From assembly GCA_964624795.1 (NCBI GenBank), contig CAZUZS010000001.1, forward strand, positions 57,260 through 121,259: DNA of 64,000 bases, read 5' to 3'. The notes beneath the pieces were generated by a model. It had not been told where the DNA came from and ran no database searches. It saw only the letters and a list, made by a program, of their open reading frames with translations. Position numbers and translations under genes: made by a program. This document shows, piece after piece, positions 41,716 to 52,502 of the stretch; the first letter of the stretch is position 1, and each line of letters begins with the position of its first letter. The DNA is from an uncultured Calditrichaceae bacterium (GTDB lineage: Bacteria; Calditrichota; Calditrichia; RBG-13-44-9).

Positions 41716-41886
41716 ATGCAAAAGTATCTCATAAATAATGTGATCCTCAACGAGATGATTGGCCGGGTCCTGGGCAGCGACCACAATATTGCCAAAAAAA
41801 TGACGCTCGGCGCCATGATCATTTTCTCACTCCTTTTCTACGGATTCGAGAGCGCACTTAATTCCCTGGTTGGCAGAAATAGTTAA
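41716..41886 (+). CDS. Small (56-aa) putative membrane protein, below the 60-aa cutoff of the ORF track
   Basis: Its ATG lies 1 nt after the GT stop; hydrophobic 'MTLGAMIIFSLLFYGF'. Confidence 0.3.
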   Translation: MQKYLINNVILNEMIGRVLGSDHNIAKKMTLGAMIIFSLLFYGFESALNSLVGRNS

Positions 41887-41984
41887 GGAAGCTGGGAAAA
41901 ATGGGAAGATTAGTTTAAGGCTTAGGCAAAGGTTTGGTCTTAGAAAATTCACATAAATTAAAAAAGAAATGGAAAATAAAGACA

Positions 41985-42803
41985 ATGTTTGATTTTGATT
42001 ATAGTAAGCATTTTCATTCCGGTTATCTGCAGAAAAGTGAGGTGGTGGCCGACGAATTCACCCGCCAGGTTCTTGAGAAGATCTCATTCCCGGATTTTTC
42101 GGACACTTTCGGCAAGCCGGTATCGGTTTTCGATACTATCATTTTGAGCGATCTGCACCTGGGCAGTAAAGTTTCGCGGGCGGAAGACTTGCTGCAATTC
42201 CTGCAAGGTGTGAATTTCAAACGGCTGATTATCAACGGTGACATTTTTGATTCGATCAATATGAAACGGCTGAATCGCCACCATTGGCGAATACTAAGCT
42301 ACCTGCGGGAGCTTACCGACAAAGAGAACGAAACGGAAGTCATCTGGCTGCGGGGCAATCACGACGGTTATGCGGATTTGATTTCGCAACTGCTGGGAAT
42401 AGAATTCCTGAATGAATACCTGCTGGAGTGGAACGGAAAGCGCGTTCTGATTTTTCATGGCGACATTTTCGACAAATTTATTACCCGTTACCCGCTGTTA
42501 GCGGATATTGCGGACCTGGTGTATCGCAGCATTCTTTACATGGATTTGCCAGACAAAAAGATCGGGCGCTGGCTGAAGCGGAATTCCAAAACCTTTATCC
42601 GCAATTCGGAGCTGGTGCGGGAGGGCGCCATTTCCTACGCCCGGCACAAGAATGCCCAGATTGTCATCTGCGGGCATACTCACCTGGTTGAAGAATTCGA
42701 GCACAACGGCATCCGGTATCTCAATCCCGGCAGTTGGACCGATACACCGGCCCATTTTGTTGGGTTGACCGAGGATCAGGCCCAGGTAGCAACGTTCCGG
42801 TGA
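41985..42803 (+). CDS. Calcineurin-like metallophosphoesterase, LpxH-like
   Basis: 'IILSDLHLGS', 'INGDIFD', 'LRGNHD', 'ICGHTH'. The ORF track starts at 41934. Confidence 0.6.
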   Translation: MFDFDYSKHFHSGYLQKSEVVADEFTRQVLEKISFPDFSDTFGKPVSVFDTIILSDLHLGSKVSRAEDLLQFLQGVNFKRLIINGDIFDSINMKRLNRHHWRILSYLRELTDKENETEVIWLRGNHDGYADLISQLLGIEFLNEYLLEWNGKRVLIFHGDIFDKFITRYPLLADIADLVYRSILYMDLPDKKIGRWLKRNSKTFIRNSELVREGAISYARHKNAQIVICGHTHLVEEFEHNGIRYLNPGSWTDTPAHFVGLTEDQAQVATFR

Positions 42804-42857
42804 TCCCGGTTTTCGCAAAATGTAACATCCATTTGCAGCTTGTTTCGAAATGAGTTC

Positions 42858-43448
42858 TCAGCCGGCGAACTTGTTAAAAAACAAAATATCATCCAGCGCT
42901 TTCTTCGCTTTCCCGGAGGGAATCGGTCTCGCGGGATAACCAACAGCCAGCAGAGCAGTCAATTTCCAATTTCGCGGCGCTTCCAGAATCTTTGCTCCCT
43001 TTTTTGAATCAAACCACCCAATCCAGCAGCTTCCCAAACCCTGCTCCTCCGCCTGCAGCACAATGTGCTCGCCGGCGATGCCAATGTCGATGAGATAGTA
43101 GCTGGTTCCCTGTATCTGCTTCCCGATGCGGTTGGCAATCCAGTCCAGGTTAGCGAAAATGGCAATAATCACCGGTGAATCCATCACCCAGCGCGAGAAA
43201 CGGTAAACACCGGAAAATGCTGCCTCACCGAATCGCCGGATTGCTTGCGGCTCATCCAGAACCACAAACCGCCACGGCTGGACATTTTCCGCAGACGGTG
43301 CCAGGCGGGCCGCCTCGATGCAGGCAACTATCTTTTCCCGCTCCACCGGCTGTTCCGAAAATTTGCGGATACTCTGCCGCTGTTCTACAAGCTTCAAAAA
43401 AGCACCGCTCGGGAGCTTTAACATTTCTTCATTTTCCATCTTTTCCAT
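42858..43448 (-). CDS. Nitroreductase family protein
   Basis: 'QSIRKFSEQPVEREKI...APSAENVQPWRFVV'. Confidence 0.75.
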   Translation of the reverse strand: MEKMENEEMLKLPSGAFLKLVEQRQSIRKFSEQPVEREKIVACIEAARLAPSAENVQPWRFVVLDEPQAIRRFGEAAFSGVYRFSRWVMDSPVIIAIFANLDWIANRIGKQIQGTSYYLIDIGIAGEHIVLQAEEQGLGSCWIGWFDSKKGAKILEAPRNWKLTALLAVGYPARPIPSGKAKKALDDILFFNKFAG

Positions 43449-43662
43449 CCTATTCCAATCTTAATACAAACTGCTTAGCCAACCTCTCCGTCCTTGATTT
43501 CTGAGCATTCAGTGGCCTCTCGTGCTCAGGATGGTTAAACCCAATTATTGCAAAAGCTTACCAGCCCAATTTAGAAAACTTGCCGGGGCCGGAACAAATG
43601 ATTTTGAAATTCGGTTGAATTTGCTTAATTTTGGACGTTAAAAATAGCAGGAGATTAGATTT

Positions 43663-44340
43663 ATGTTCTTTTGGGATTCAACAATTATTTTGTTAATTCC
43701 GGCCTTTATTTTGGCAATTTATGCGCAATTCAAAGTTAAAAATGCCTATAAGAAATTCAGCCAGATATATAATGCAAGGGGACTCACCGGCTACCAGGCA
43801 GCGCTGGAGCTGCTGCGGATGAATGGGGTGAGCGATGTGGAAGTGGAGGAAACAGAAGGTGAACTTAGCGATCATTATGATCCGCGCACAAAAAAAGTGC
43901 GTTTATCCCGCACCAATTTCAGGGGAACTTCGCTTGCTTCCCTGGCAGTTTCGGCGCACGAGGTGGGACATGTTATCCAACATGCCAAAGGATACATGCC
44001 GCTCCAACTTCGCCATTTGATTCTGCCGGCCACAAATTTCGGCTCCTGGCTGGCATTTCCGTTGTTTTTTATCGGATTCTTTCTCCGGACACCGTTTTTA
44101 ATGAACCTGGGGATCGTATTTTACGCCGGCGTCGTTTTATTTCACCTTGTTACTTTACCGGTTGAGTTCAATGCCAGCAACAGGGCGCTGCTCCAACTGC
44201 AATCGCACGGATTTCTGGTACGGCAGGAAATCAGCGGAGCGAAAAAAGTGCTGAACGCCGCTGCCCTGACCTACGTTGCGGCTACTGCGGTTGCAATCAT
44301 GCATCTTGTTCGCCTGCTCTTGCTTCGCGGAAACGATTAG
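43663..44340 (+). CDS. Membrane-associated putative neutral zinc metallopeptidase
   Basis: 'HEVGHVIQH' (HExxH) and flanking TM helices. Confidence 0.7.
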   Translation: MFFWDSTIILLIPAFILAIYAQFKVKNAYKKFSQIYNARGLTGYQAALELLRMNGVSDVEVEETEGELSDHYDPRTKKVRLSRTNFRGTSLASLAVSAHEVGHVIQHAKGYMPLQLRHLILPATNFGSWLAFPLFFIGFFLRTPFLMNLGIVFYAGVVLFHLVTLPVEFNASNRALLQLQSHGFLVRQEISGAKKVLNAAALTYVAATAVAIMHLVRLLLLRGND

Positions 44341-44595
44341 GCTTCGGAAACGGCGCCCCCGGCCAAAGGTGACGATTCCGGGAAATACTCACGGCAGCAC
44401 TGCGCTCAACATTCCCGAATGATATGCTTTTTCAGGCGATTTACAAAATCGGACAGCAAAATGACACACAAAATCAAACGAACTTTTGCAGAATCCACAG
44501 ATATTGGAATCGTAAAAAGCGGCGCCTTTTTCCTGCATGACATTATGATCAGGGCAGCGGGCTCATTTAATTAACCGACGGACTACAGGAATACT

Positions 44596-46200
44596 ATGGA
44601 AACATTGAGAAGAATACTGGTAATTATCACTGGGATTATCCTTATCGCGGTAGTTATCTATATCATCGGAATATCGCAGAAAGCGCAACAGGCACGCGAG
44701 CAATCCGGACCAGTAACCGGAAACGTGATCCCTGAGGAACCACCGGCGACAGACAGCCTGATGTTCGCCCCCGATACCGCCGCCCAGGCACCGGCGAGCA
44801 AACCCGTAGTTCCGGAAACGCTGGCATGGCATCAACTACCGGATAGCGAGAAAAATACGTTGAAAGGAAAATTCCCCTACGGGAACCCGAATCCTATTTT
44901 CATCTCCGCGGCAAATCGTATTCTACCGGCCGTTGTAACAATTCAGAGCGAAATGCTAATCAGCAAAGTGCCACGCGATGAACAGCACCGCTTTTTCTGG
45001 GAAAAGGAGGGTGATGAAGGTGAGGAGTTTTTCCAAAAGGGCACCGGTTCCGGCATCATTATCAGCAAGGACGGCTACATCCTGACAAATTATCATGTGG
45101 TGGAAAACGCATCCGAATTTAACGTCGTCCTGTACGACAAGCGGGAATTCCATGGGCATTATATTGGTGCCGATCCGAATACAGACGTGGCGGTGTTGAA
45201 AATCGAGGGGAAAGAATTGCCGTCGGCTTATCTAGGTAATTCCGACAGCCTGCAAATCGGCGAATGGGTGATGGCGGTGGGAAGTCCGCTGACATTTACC
45301 TCCACGATTACGGCAGGAATAGTGAGTGCCCTGGGAAGGGACATCCAGATAATCGGCGAGCGTTACGGTGTAGAAAATTTTATCCAGACCGATGCCGTCA
45401 TAAATCCGGGCAATAGTGGGGGCGCACTGGTAAATCTGAATGGCGAGGTTATCGGCATCAATACCGCCATTGCCACCCGCACCGGTCTGTACCAGGGTTA
45501 TGGATTTGCCATTCCCAGCAACCTGGCCATAAAAGTCGTGGACGATATACTCAAGTTCGGTGAAGTACGGCGCGGCTTGTTGGGAGTCACGATCAGTGCA
45601 GTGGACAGCCGGGTGGCAAAAGGTCTGGGGCTGGACAAACCAACCGGTGTTCTTATCCAGGGACTGGAATCCGGGTACCCGGCGGAGCGGGCCGGCCTGC
45701 AGCGCGGCGACGTGATTTTGAGCGTAAACGGGCAGGAAGTGACGTCCGTTAATGATCTTCAGATAAAGATTGCCAGCAAGCATCCCGGCGACCTGGTGAA
45801 CCTGATGGTGTGGCGCGATGGCAAGAAAATTCCCATGCAGGTAAAATTGGGAAAAGCCCCGGTAAGCCGCCCCAAAAGCCAGGCCCCCAATGATAATGGT
45901 AAAAAATTGTTCACCGATCTGGGGATGAATATCCGTAACCTGACCGCGGACGAAGAGAAGACCTTTCATACGGAAAACGGTGTTTTTGTAAGCGACGTCA
46001 AATCCGGAAGTCCTGCAAACACGGCAAGAATTTTTGCCGGTGATGTGATACTGACATTTAATGGGCAGGAGTTAAAAGATGTGAATGATTTCCACCAAAG
46101 AATCTCCCAACTGAAAAAGGGAGATGTGGTAGAACTGCTGGTGGGCAATATGCGAACCGGCACACGCGTCGATCAGCTCGTCTTCGTTGAAATAGAGTAA
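44596..46200 (+). CDS. degP: Do/HtrA family serine endopeptidase with two PDZ domains
   Basis: 'GSGIIISKDGYILTNYHVV', 'GNSGGALVNLNGEVIGINTAI'; two PDZ-like segments. Confidence 0.85.
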   Translation: METLRRILVIITGIILIAVVIYIIGISQKAQQAREQSGPVTGNVIPEEPPATDSLMFAPDTAAQAPASKPVVPETLAWHQLPDSEKNTLKGKFPYGNPNPIFISAANRILPAVVTIQSEMLISKVPRDEQHRFFWEKEGDEGEEFFQKGTGSGIIISKDGYILTNYHVVENASEFNVVLYDKREFHGHYIGADPNTDVAVLKIEGKELPSAYLGNSDSLQIGEWVMAVGSPLTFTSTITAGIVSALGRDIQIIGERYGVENFIQTDAVINPGNSGGALVNLNGEVIGINTAIATRTGLYQGYGFAIPSNLAIKVVDDILKFGEVRRGLLGVTISAVDSRVAKGLGLDKPTGVLIQGLESGYPAERAGLQRGDVILSVNGQEVTSVNDLQIKIASKHPGDLVNLMVWRDGKKIPMQVKLGKAPVSRPKSQAPNDNGKKLFTDLGMNIRNLTADEEKTFHTENGVFVSDVKSGSPANTARIFAGDVILTFNGQELKDVNDFHQRISQLKKGDVVELLVGNMRTGTRVDQLVFVEIE

Positions 46201-46349
46201 AAGGGTGGTTTTGGAACAGCCGCTTTTGAATTCCGGTGTTTTTCGCGGCGACGAAAGTAAATATAATCCAGCGAGCATATTTCCTGATGCCGGCGCTGCG
46301 TGCAAGTTGCCAGGTTCCAGCAATTCCTACCACCGAACACTAAACAATT

Positions 46350-46391
46350 AAGACAGATTCCTCTCCCTGTGCAGGAAAAGGAATCTGTCTT
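46350..46391 (-). terminator. Hairpin, candidate terminator for the 527-aa gene (possibly bidirectional with degP)
   Basis: 13-bp stem aagacagattcct/aggaatctgtctt with an internal cctg/cagg sub-stem; followed on the minus strand by 'aattgtttagtgtt'. Confidence 0.45.
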
Positions 46392-46504
46392 CATGACCTC
46401 GCCACGAGCCGTATGAGTAAACTTCCGCTGAGTAATATCTAACCTCCCGATTTTGCATCACTTAAAATAATAATTAATGCCATTTATTCCGGCAGGCACC
46501 CCAT

Positions 46505-48088
46505 CTACCTTTTCGATCCTCCCAGGCAATAATAACAGTTGTCATACCCAGCGGCATGTGCCTGATCGAGGAAATAGAACGGAACCCGGTTTTGAGACAG
46601 GATTTTATTGACCCACGTGCAGTCCGCTTTATGAACTTCCAGGCTGGCGCGATTCTTATTCCCGATTAGCGGTGCATCGCAGTAGTTTTCCAACCCGCCC
46701 AGTGCGAACCGCGTTTTGACTATCGCGGCATCAGCATCTGACGAGACCCGGGTAGCGCTTTCGGAAACAGTCAACTCGGTCCCGGGAAGTTTTGCAGTAA
46801 ACATGGGAGGTGATAAAAGAAACGGAGGCAGGGTTTTGATTATTGCGGAGGCAATATGCTGTTCCACCTGCATTCTCATTTTTTCCTTCAATTCCGGTGA
46901 ATCAATATAATCCGGTAACAGCAGAGTTCCCGGAACATAAAACGTCCATTCATCAATTTGGGGAACCAGGCAGCGATCATTTCCGAGCACCAGCCGTCCT
47001 TTTCCTTCATAATCGTATATCCTTAGATCGATGGGAAATGGTGGGAGTGGTTTGGTATGCCGGACCCAATTGGGCTTAAACCACTTCTCAATATATTGGA
47101 TGCTGATTATTAGCATTACATTTACCCGAACCGATCCCTGCAGCTCGATTTGATTCTGGTTTTTGAGAATAAATGTTGGTCTGGAATAAGTAACGGTGGT
47201 TTCAGTATCCAGAATCAGGGCTTCGAAATCAAATAGTTGACTCATAATCGCTGAAAATATCCACTCAATTCCGGGAACCAGGATGGCAAACACTGTTAAA
47301 AGAAAATCGACCCATTTGTCTATCAGTCCGATGATGGTGTTAACCGAGCGGTTCTTTATTGTCTGGCTTTCCCCAACCTTCTTGTGTGCCCACCAAAAAT
47401 TATATACATCTTGCATAGCAGTGCTTTTTATCGCTGTTGCGATATCCATTCCGCCAGAGAAATTATCGAATTCCGGTTGGCTGCCGCTGCACGGTTTCAG
47501 GATGGAAAATCCGCCGGCGAGAATTCCATCCGGGCCGCCGGATGCACACGGTACGATCTGCAAATTCTGGCTGGCATCGGGCAAGTGCAGATCATGCAAA
47601 ACAGTAGTAATATCGAATGGCGCTCCGTTCTTCGCAAAATAGTCGCAGAGTATGAAATCTAAAATCTCAGCTAATTTTTGCTTCATTTTTTCCGGCAGCG
47701 AGCTAGCGGTGACCGTCGTGGTGACGTTTGCTTTTTGCAGCTCCATCACAAGCTGGCGGGATGAAAGATCATAAGTAACAGGGCTTTTTACACTGAATGT
47801 TGCCTTCAAATCAGATTCAATTTCACCCAGGTAGGTTAAAGAAACATTGGCTGTTATTTTCACCGATAGGCTGTTGGATTCTGCTGCCTTGTAAACCGGG
47901 ACCTGGAACGTGATTTTATAATCAAGAGAAGTGAACTCACTCCATGGCTCGGGCACCTGCAGAAATGGAAATTTGTAAACACCGGCTAATTCGTGCGGAA
48001 ATTTGTTCATATAATATGCTGCAAAAAGCAATTTGTTAATAAACGTCGCACTTACCTCGGATACCAGGTCGTATGCAATCGTATTCAT
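46505..48088 (-). CDS. Hypothetical 527-aa protein with an uncharacterised N-terminal region and a C-terminal Ada-type Zn-binding domain
   Basis: 'HKADC..NRVPFYFLDQAHAAGYDNCYYC' aligns with Ada 'C..ENVSFYANASEALAAGFRPCKRC'. No signal peptide. One hydrophobic stretch 'FLLTVFAILVPGIEWIFSAI'. Confidence 0.6.
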   Translation of the reverse strand: MNTIAYDLVSEVSATFINKLLFAAYYMNKFPHELAGVYKFPFLQVPEPWSEFTSLDYKITFQVPVYKAAESNSLSVKITANVSLTYLGEIESDLKATFSVKSPVTYDLSSRQLVMELQKANVTTTVTASSLPEKMKQKLAEILDFILCDYFAKNGAPFDITTVLHDLHLPDASQNLQIVPCASGGPDGILAGGFSILKPCSGSQPEFDNFSGGMDIATAIKSTAMQDVYNFWWAHKKVGESQTIKNRSVNTIIGLIDKWVDFLLTVFAILVPGIEWIFSAIMSQLFDFEALILDTETTVTYSRPTFILKNQNQIELQGSVRVNVMLIISIQYIEKWFKPNWVRHTKPLPPFPIDLRIYDYEGKGRLVLGNDRCLVPQIDEWTFYVPGTLLLPDYIDSPELKEKMRMQVEQHIASAIIKTLPPFLLSPPMFTAKLPGTELTVSESATRVSSDADAAIVKTRFALGGLENYCDAPLIGNKNRASLEVHKADCTWVNKILSQNRVPFYFLDQAHAAGYDNCYYCLGGSKR

Positions 48089-48099
48089 TCTATCCCCCT

Positions 48100-48468
48100 T
48101 TATAAAAAGTTGATTTCAGATTCGCCGCTCTCCCTGTCTATTTTGACCTTGATTTTTGTCCACTTTCCGCCTTTTGGCAGTTCCGGTTCCTTTTTTTGCC
48201 TGGATACTCGTTTCTGCATACTTTTCGCCAGTTTCTTCCGAGCCTCCGTCCTCATTTTCTCTCTGAATTGCTCGGTAATGTAGTAGCCCTGCGAAGTTGC
48301 TGCCTGCATAAAATCTTTCTGAAGCGACTCGGAAAATTTTTGATCCTTCCCGGCAAGTTCCATCAGCCGGGTTAATTCCCGGCGCGTTAACGGTTTTGTC
48401 TTTGACTGATGATGCTTTTGATTTCTTTTCATAGTGATCTCCTTCGTGCGTTTTAATTGACCCAACAA
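48100..48468 (-). CDS. Small basic protein with an N-terminal Nif11-like domain and a Lys/Arg-rich tail
   Basis: 'LTRRELTRLMELAGKDQKFSESLQKD...AATSQGYYITEQF' follows the Nif11-domain pattern. Tail 'RKKLAKSMQKRVSRQKKE...KWTKIKVKI'. Lies 11 bp upstream of the 527-aa gene. Confidence 0.45.
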   Translation of the reverse strand: MLGQLKRTKEITMKRNQKHHQSKTKPLTRRELTRLMELAGKDQKFSESLQKDFMQAATSQGYYITEQFREKMRTEARKKLAKSMQKRVSRQKKEPELPKGGKWTKIKVKIDRESGESEINFL

Positions 48469-49108
48469 ATGACAAAATCAGGTAGGAATTCCTAATTCCG
48501 GCCGAATTATTGGCTCCTCCAAATTAGTAAGCAACGGTTGAAAACGTTGGACCCAGGCAATTGGTGCAACATGCAATTTCGGAAAGTTGATATCGCCCTG
48601 CCCGGCAATTGCCAGGGTGATCATTCATAATGGGAATGAAAGGCCATCGTGCAAGAAAAATGATAATGTTAATGCTTTAGACGCGAATGGGCAGAGTGTG
48701 AATTCGATTATATGGAGTAGGCGTACAGAGATTCCCGCTTTTCTGATGCGGATTTAATTAAGTGACTAATAGAAAAGCAAAAAGCATGGGGTCGCTATTT
48801 TTAAGTTAATGCGCAAATAATTCCTCCTGAAATTTAATTGACTTATCTTTTATATATAGCCAACAAATCTCATCTTGGTGAATTATTTTTCACACGACGC
48901 AATATAAGAAAAAATAATTAAAATGCAATAGAAATTGCCGGGATGGTAGAAAAAGTTTTATTATTATTTGAATGAATAAATTGTCCGCTGGCGGGGAATT
49001 CGCTCAGATTCATGCTATTGAATATAATTTTCCCTGCAAGCCAATTTGGACAGACAATTTATCTGCATAAGAAAACCGATACAAAAAACATGTCGGGCAC
49101 ACCAATTG

Positions 49109-49148
49109 GCACCAAATAAAATGCCCCCTTCACAATATCAAAGGGGGC
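49109..49148 (-). terminator. Rho-independent terminator of tpiA
   Basis: Hairpin gccccctt/aagggggc at 49123-49148, then a T-run on the minus strand ('attttatttggt'). Confidence 0.75.
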
Positions 49149-49177
49149 GAAAATCTTGCGACGGCTTTCTTCCTGCA

Positions 49178-49948
49178 TTAAAAGACCTTTTCACCTGATT
49201 TAATTATTTTGTGAAAACTGTCGGCTTTGAGGCAGGCACCGCCCACCAGGGCACCATCGATATCAGGCTGCTCGAACAAGCCCTTCGCATTTTCCGGCTT
49301 CACGCTGCCACCGTACAGGATCGGCATTTTTTGCGAAATATTGCTCTCGAACAGCGCGTCCAGCATTTCCCGCAAAAAAGCGTGCACATCCTGCGCCTGT
49401 TTTGGAGAGGCAGTTTTGCCGGTACCGATGGCCCACACCGGCTCGTAAGCTATTACGATGTTCTTCAACTCCTTTTCCGAAAATCCTTTCAATCCCCATT
49501 CTACCTGGTTCAGTACAATATCTTTGGTCAAATTTTGATTTCTCTCCTCTAAAGTTTCCCCCACACAAAAAATCACCTTCAACTTGTTTTCCAGGGCCAC
49601 CTGTATCTTCCGGTTGATGGTATTTTCATCTTCTTTGAAATAGCGGCGGCGCTCGCTGTGGCCTATAATAACCCATTTAGCGCCGGTGCTTTTTATCATT
49701 TTCGCCGAAATTTCGCCGGTATATGCACCCTCTACCTCACCATAAAGATTCTGGGCACCGAATTCAATTTTGCTATTCTTTAGCACCTCATTCACCGTGG
49801 AAAGCGCAGTAAACGGAGGGCAGACAATCACCTTACACTTCTTAGCCGGATTTTTCTCCAGGCGATTCGCCATCTGCCGCACCAGCCTGGCTGCCTCGGA
49901 ATTTGTTTTATACATTTTCCAGTTGCCGGCGATAATTTTTTGTCTCAT
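49178..49948 (-). CDS. tpiA: Triose-phosphate isomerase
   Basis: 'IIAGNWKMYKT', 'IIGHSERR'. Confidence 0.9.
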   Translation of the reverse strand: MRQKIIAGNWKMYKTNSEAARLVRQMANRLEKNPAKKCKVIVCPPFTALSTVNEVLKNSKIEFGAQNLYGEVEGAYTGEISAKMIKSTGAKWVIIGHSERRRYFKEDENTINRKIQVALENKLKVIFCVGETLEERNQNLTKDIVLNQVEWGLKGFSEKELKNIVIAYEPVWAIGTGKTASPKQAQDVHAFLREMLDALFESNISQKMPILYGGSVKPENAKGLFEQPDIDGALVGGACLKADSFHKIIKSGEKVF

Positions 49949-50197
49949 AACAGGCTCCCTATCTGTTTAAATTCAAATTCATGATGTCCCGGTTCTCTCG
50001 TTTCCCCATCAAATTTTCTCGGCGGCAAATATTTGTCCCTCTTCGTATTCTGATCCCCAGGCAGCCAAGCTCATGAAACAGGGACACTCGACCGAGTTAG
50101 CTTCTTCCATTTCCATATTTGAAAACAGATAAGGGAAGCAATGGGTCATCATTTCCGGTTCACCGCTTTATAGCGACACAAACGAAGCCGGAAAAAT

Positions 50198-51394
50198 CTA
50201 TTTCTCGCCCAATGCGGCAACGCCGGGCAGCACCTTGCCCTCCAGCAATTCCAGCGAAGCGCCGCCCCCGGTAGAAACATGGCTCAACTGGTCGCTCAGG
50301 CCAAATTCCTTCACGGCGGCAGCGGAATCCCCGCCCCCAACAATTGTGGTTGTCCCCTTCCCGGTAAGCTCCGCAAGATAGCGGGCAACGGCTTCGGTTC
50401 CCTTCGCAAAAGTGGGGATCTCAAACACACCCATGGGACCATTCCAGACAATTGTTTTGGCATTTTTCAGAATATCCTTGAAATCAGCAACAGTTTTCAA
50501 ACCGATATCGACACCCAGCCAATCGGGCGGTATTTCATCGGCATTCACGGTTTTGGTATTTGCGCCATCTTCCAATTTGTCGGCCACTACCACGTCCCCC
50601 GGCAGTTCCAATTCGCAGTTACTGGATTTGAACTTCTGCAGAATATCACCGGCCATTTCCACACGGTCTGTTTCCAGCAGCGATTTACCGATTTCTCTGC
50701 CCTGCGCTTTGTAAAAAGTAAAGATCATCCCGCCGCCGATTAGCAAAGTATCGGCTTTGTTCATCAAATTGTTAATCACATCTATTTTACCGGAGATCTT
50801 GGCGCCGCCCAGAATGGTAACAAACGGTCGCCTGGGATTTTCCAAAGCCCCACCCAGGTACTCCAGCTCTTTCTCCATCAAATAACCGGCAGCGCATTGC
50901 CCGAAATATTTTGTTACGCCTTCGGTAGAGGCATGAGCGCGATGAGCGCTGCCAAAAGCATCGTTGATGTAGAGATCGCAACCCTCAGCCAGAGATTTGG
51001 CAAACTCCGGATCGTTTCCGGTTTCCTCGGCATGAAAGCGAAGATTCTCCAGAAGCAGCACATCTCCGTTTTTCAACGATTTCTTCAGGTTCAGGACTTC
51101 CGCTCCGATGCAGTCATCTGCAAATATTACATTTTTTTCCAACAAGGTGCTTAGCGCGTCGGCAGCGGGCTTCAGACTCATCGTATCCACGCGCTTCCCT
51201 TTCGGACGTCCCAGGTGAGAACAAAGGATAGCGCGTCCTCCATCACTCATTATTTTTTGGATAGTGGGCAGTGCAGCCCGGATGCGAAAGTCATCCGTCA
51301 CGTGCTGTTGTTCATCCAGCGGCACATTAAAATCGACACGCACCAAAACATTTTTATTACTCAGATTAAGATCGTCAATGGTGAGTTTCGCCAT
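50198..51394 (-). CDS. pgk: Phosphoglycerate kinase
   Basis: 'MAKLTIDDL...VLVRVDFNVP'. The ORF is open to 51409. Confidence 0.9.
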   Translation of the reverse strand: MAKLTIDDLNLSNKNVLVRVDFNVPLDEQQHVTDDFRIRAALPTIQKIMSDGGRAILCSHLGRPKGKRVDTMSLKPAADALSTLLEKNVIFADDCIGAEVLNLKKSLKNGDVLLLENLRFHAEETGNDPEFAKSLAEGCDLYINDAFGSAHRAHASTEGVTKYFGQCAAGYLMEKELEYLGGALENPRRPFVTILGGAKISGKIDVINNLMNKADTLLIGGGMIFTFYKAQGREIGKSLLETDRVEMAGDILQKFKSSNCELELPGDVVVADKLEDGANTKTVNADEIPPDWLGVDIGLKTVADFKDILKNAKTIVWNGPMGVFEIPTFAKGTEAVARYLAELTGKGTTTIVGGGDSAAAVKEFGLSDQLSHVSTGGGASLELLEGKVLPGVAALGEK

Positions 51395-51461
51395 CATTAC
51401 ACTCCGCAATATTTCAGAAAAAATTCCCCCGCATACCTTGCGGGGGAATTGACAATTATTT

Positions 51462-52502
<1,041 letters not shown>

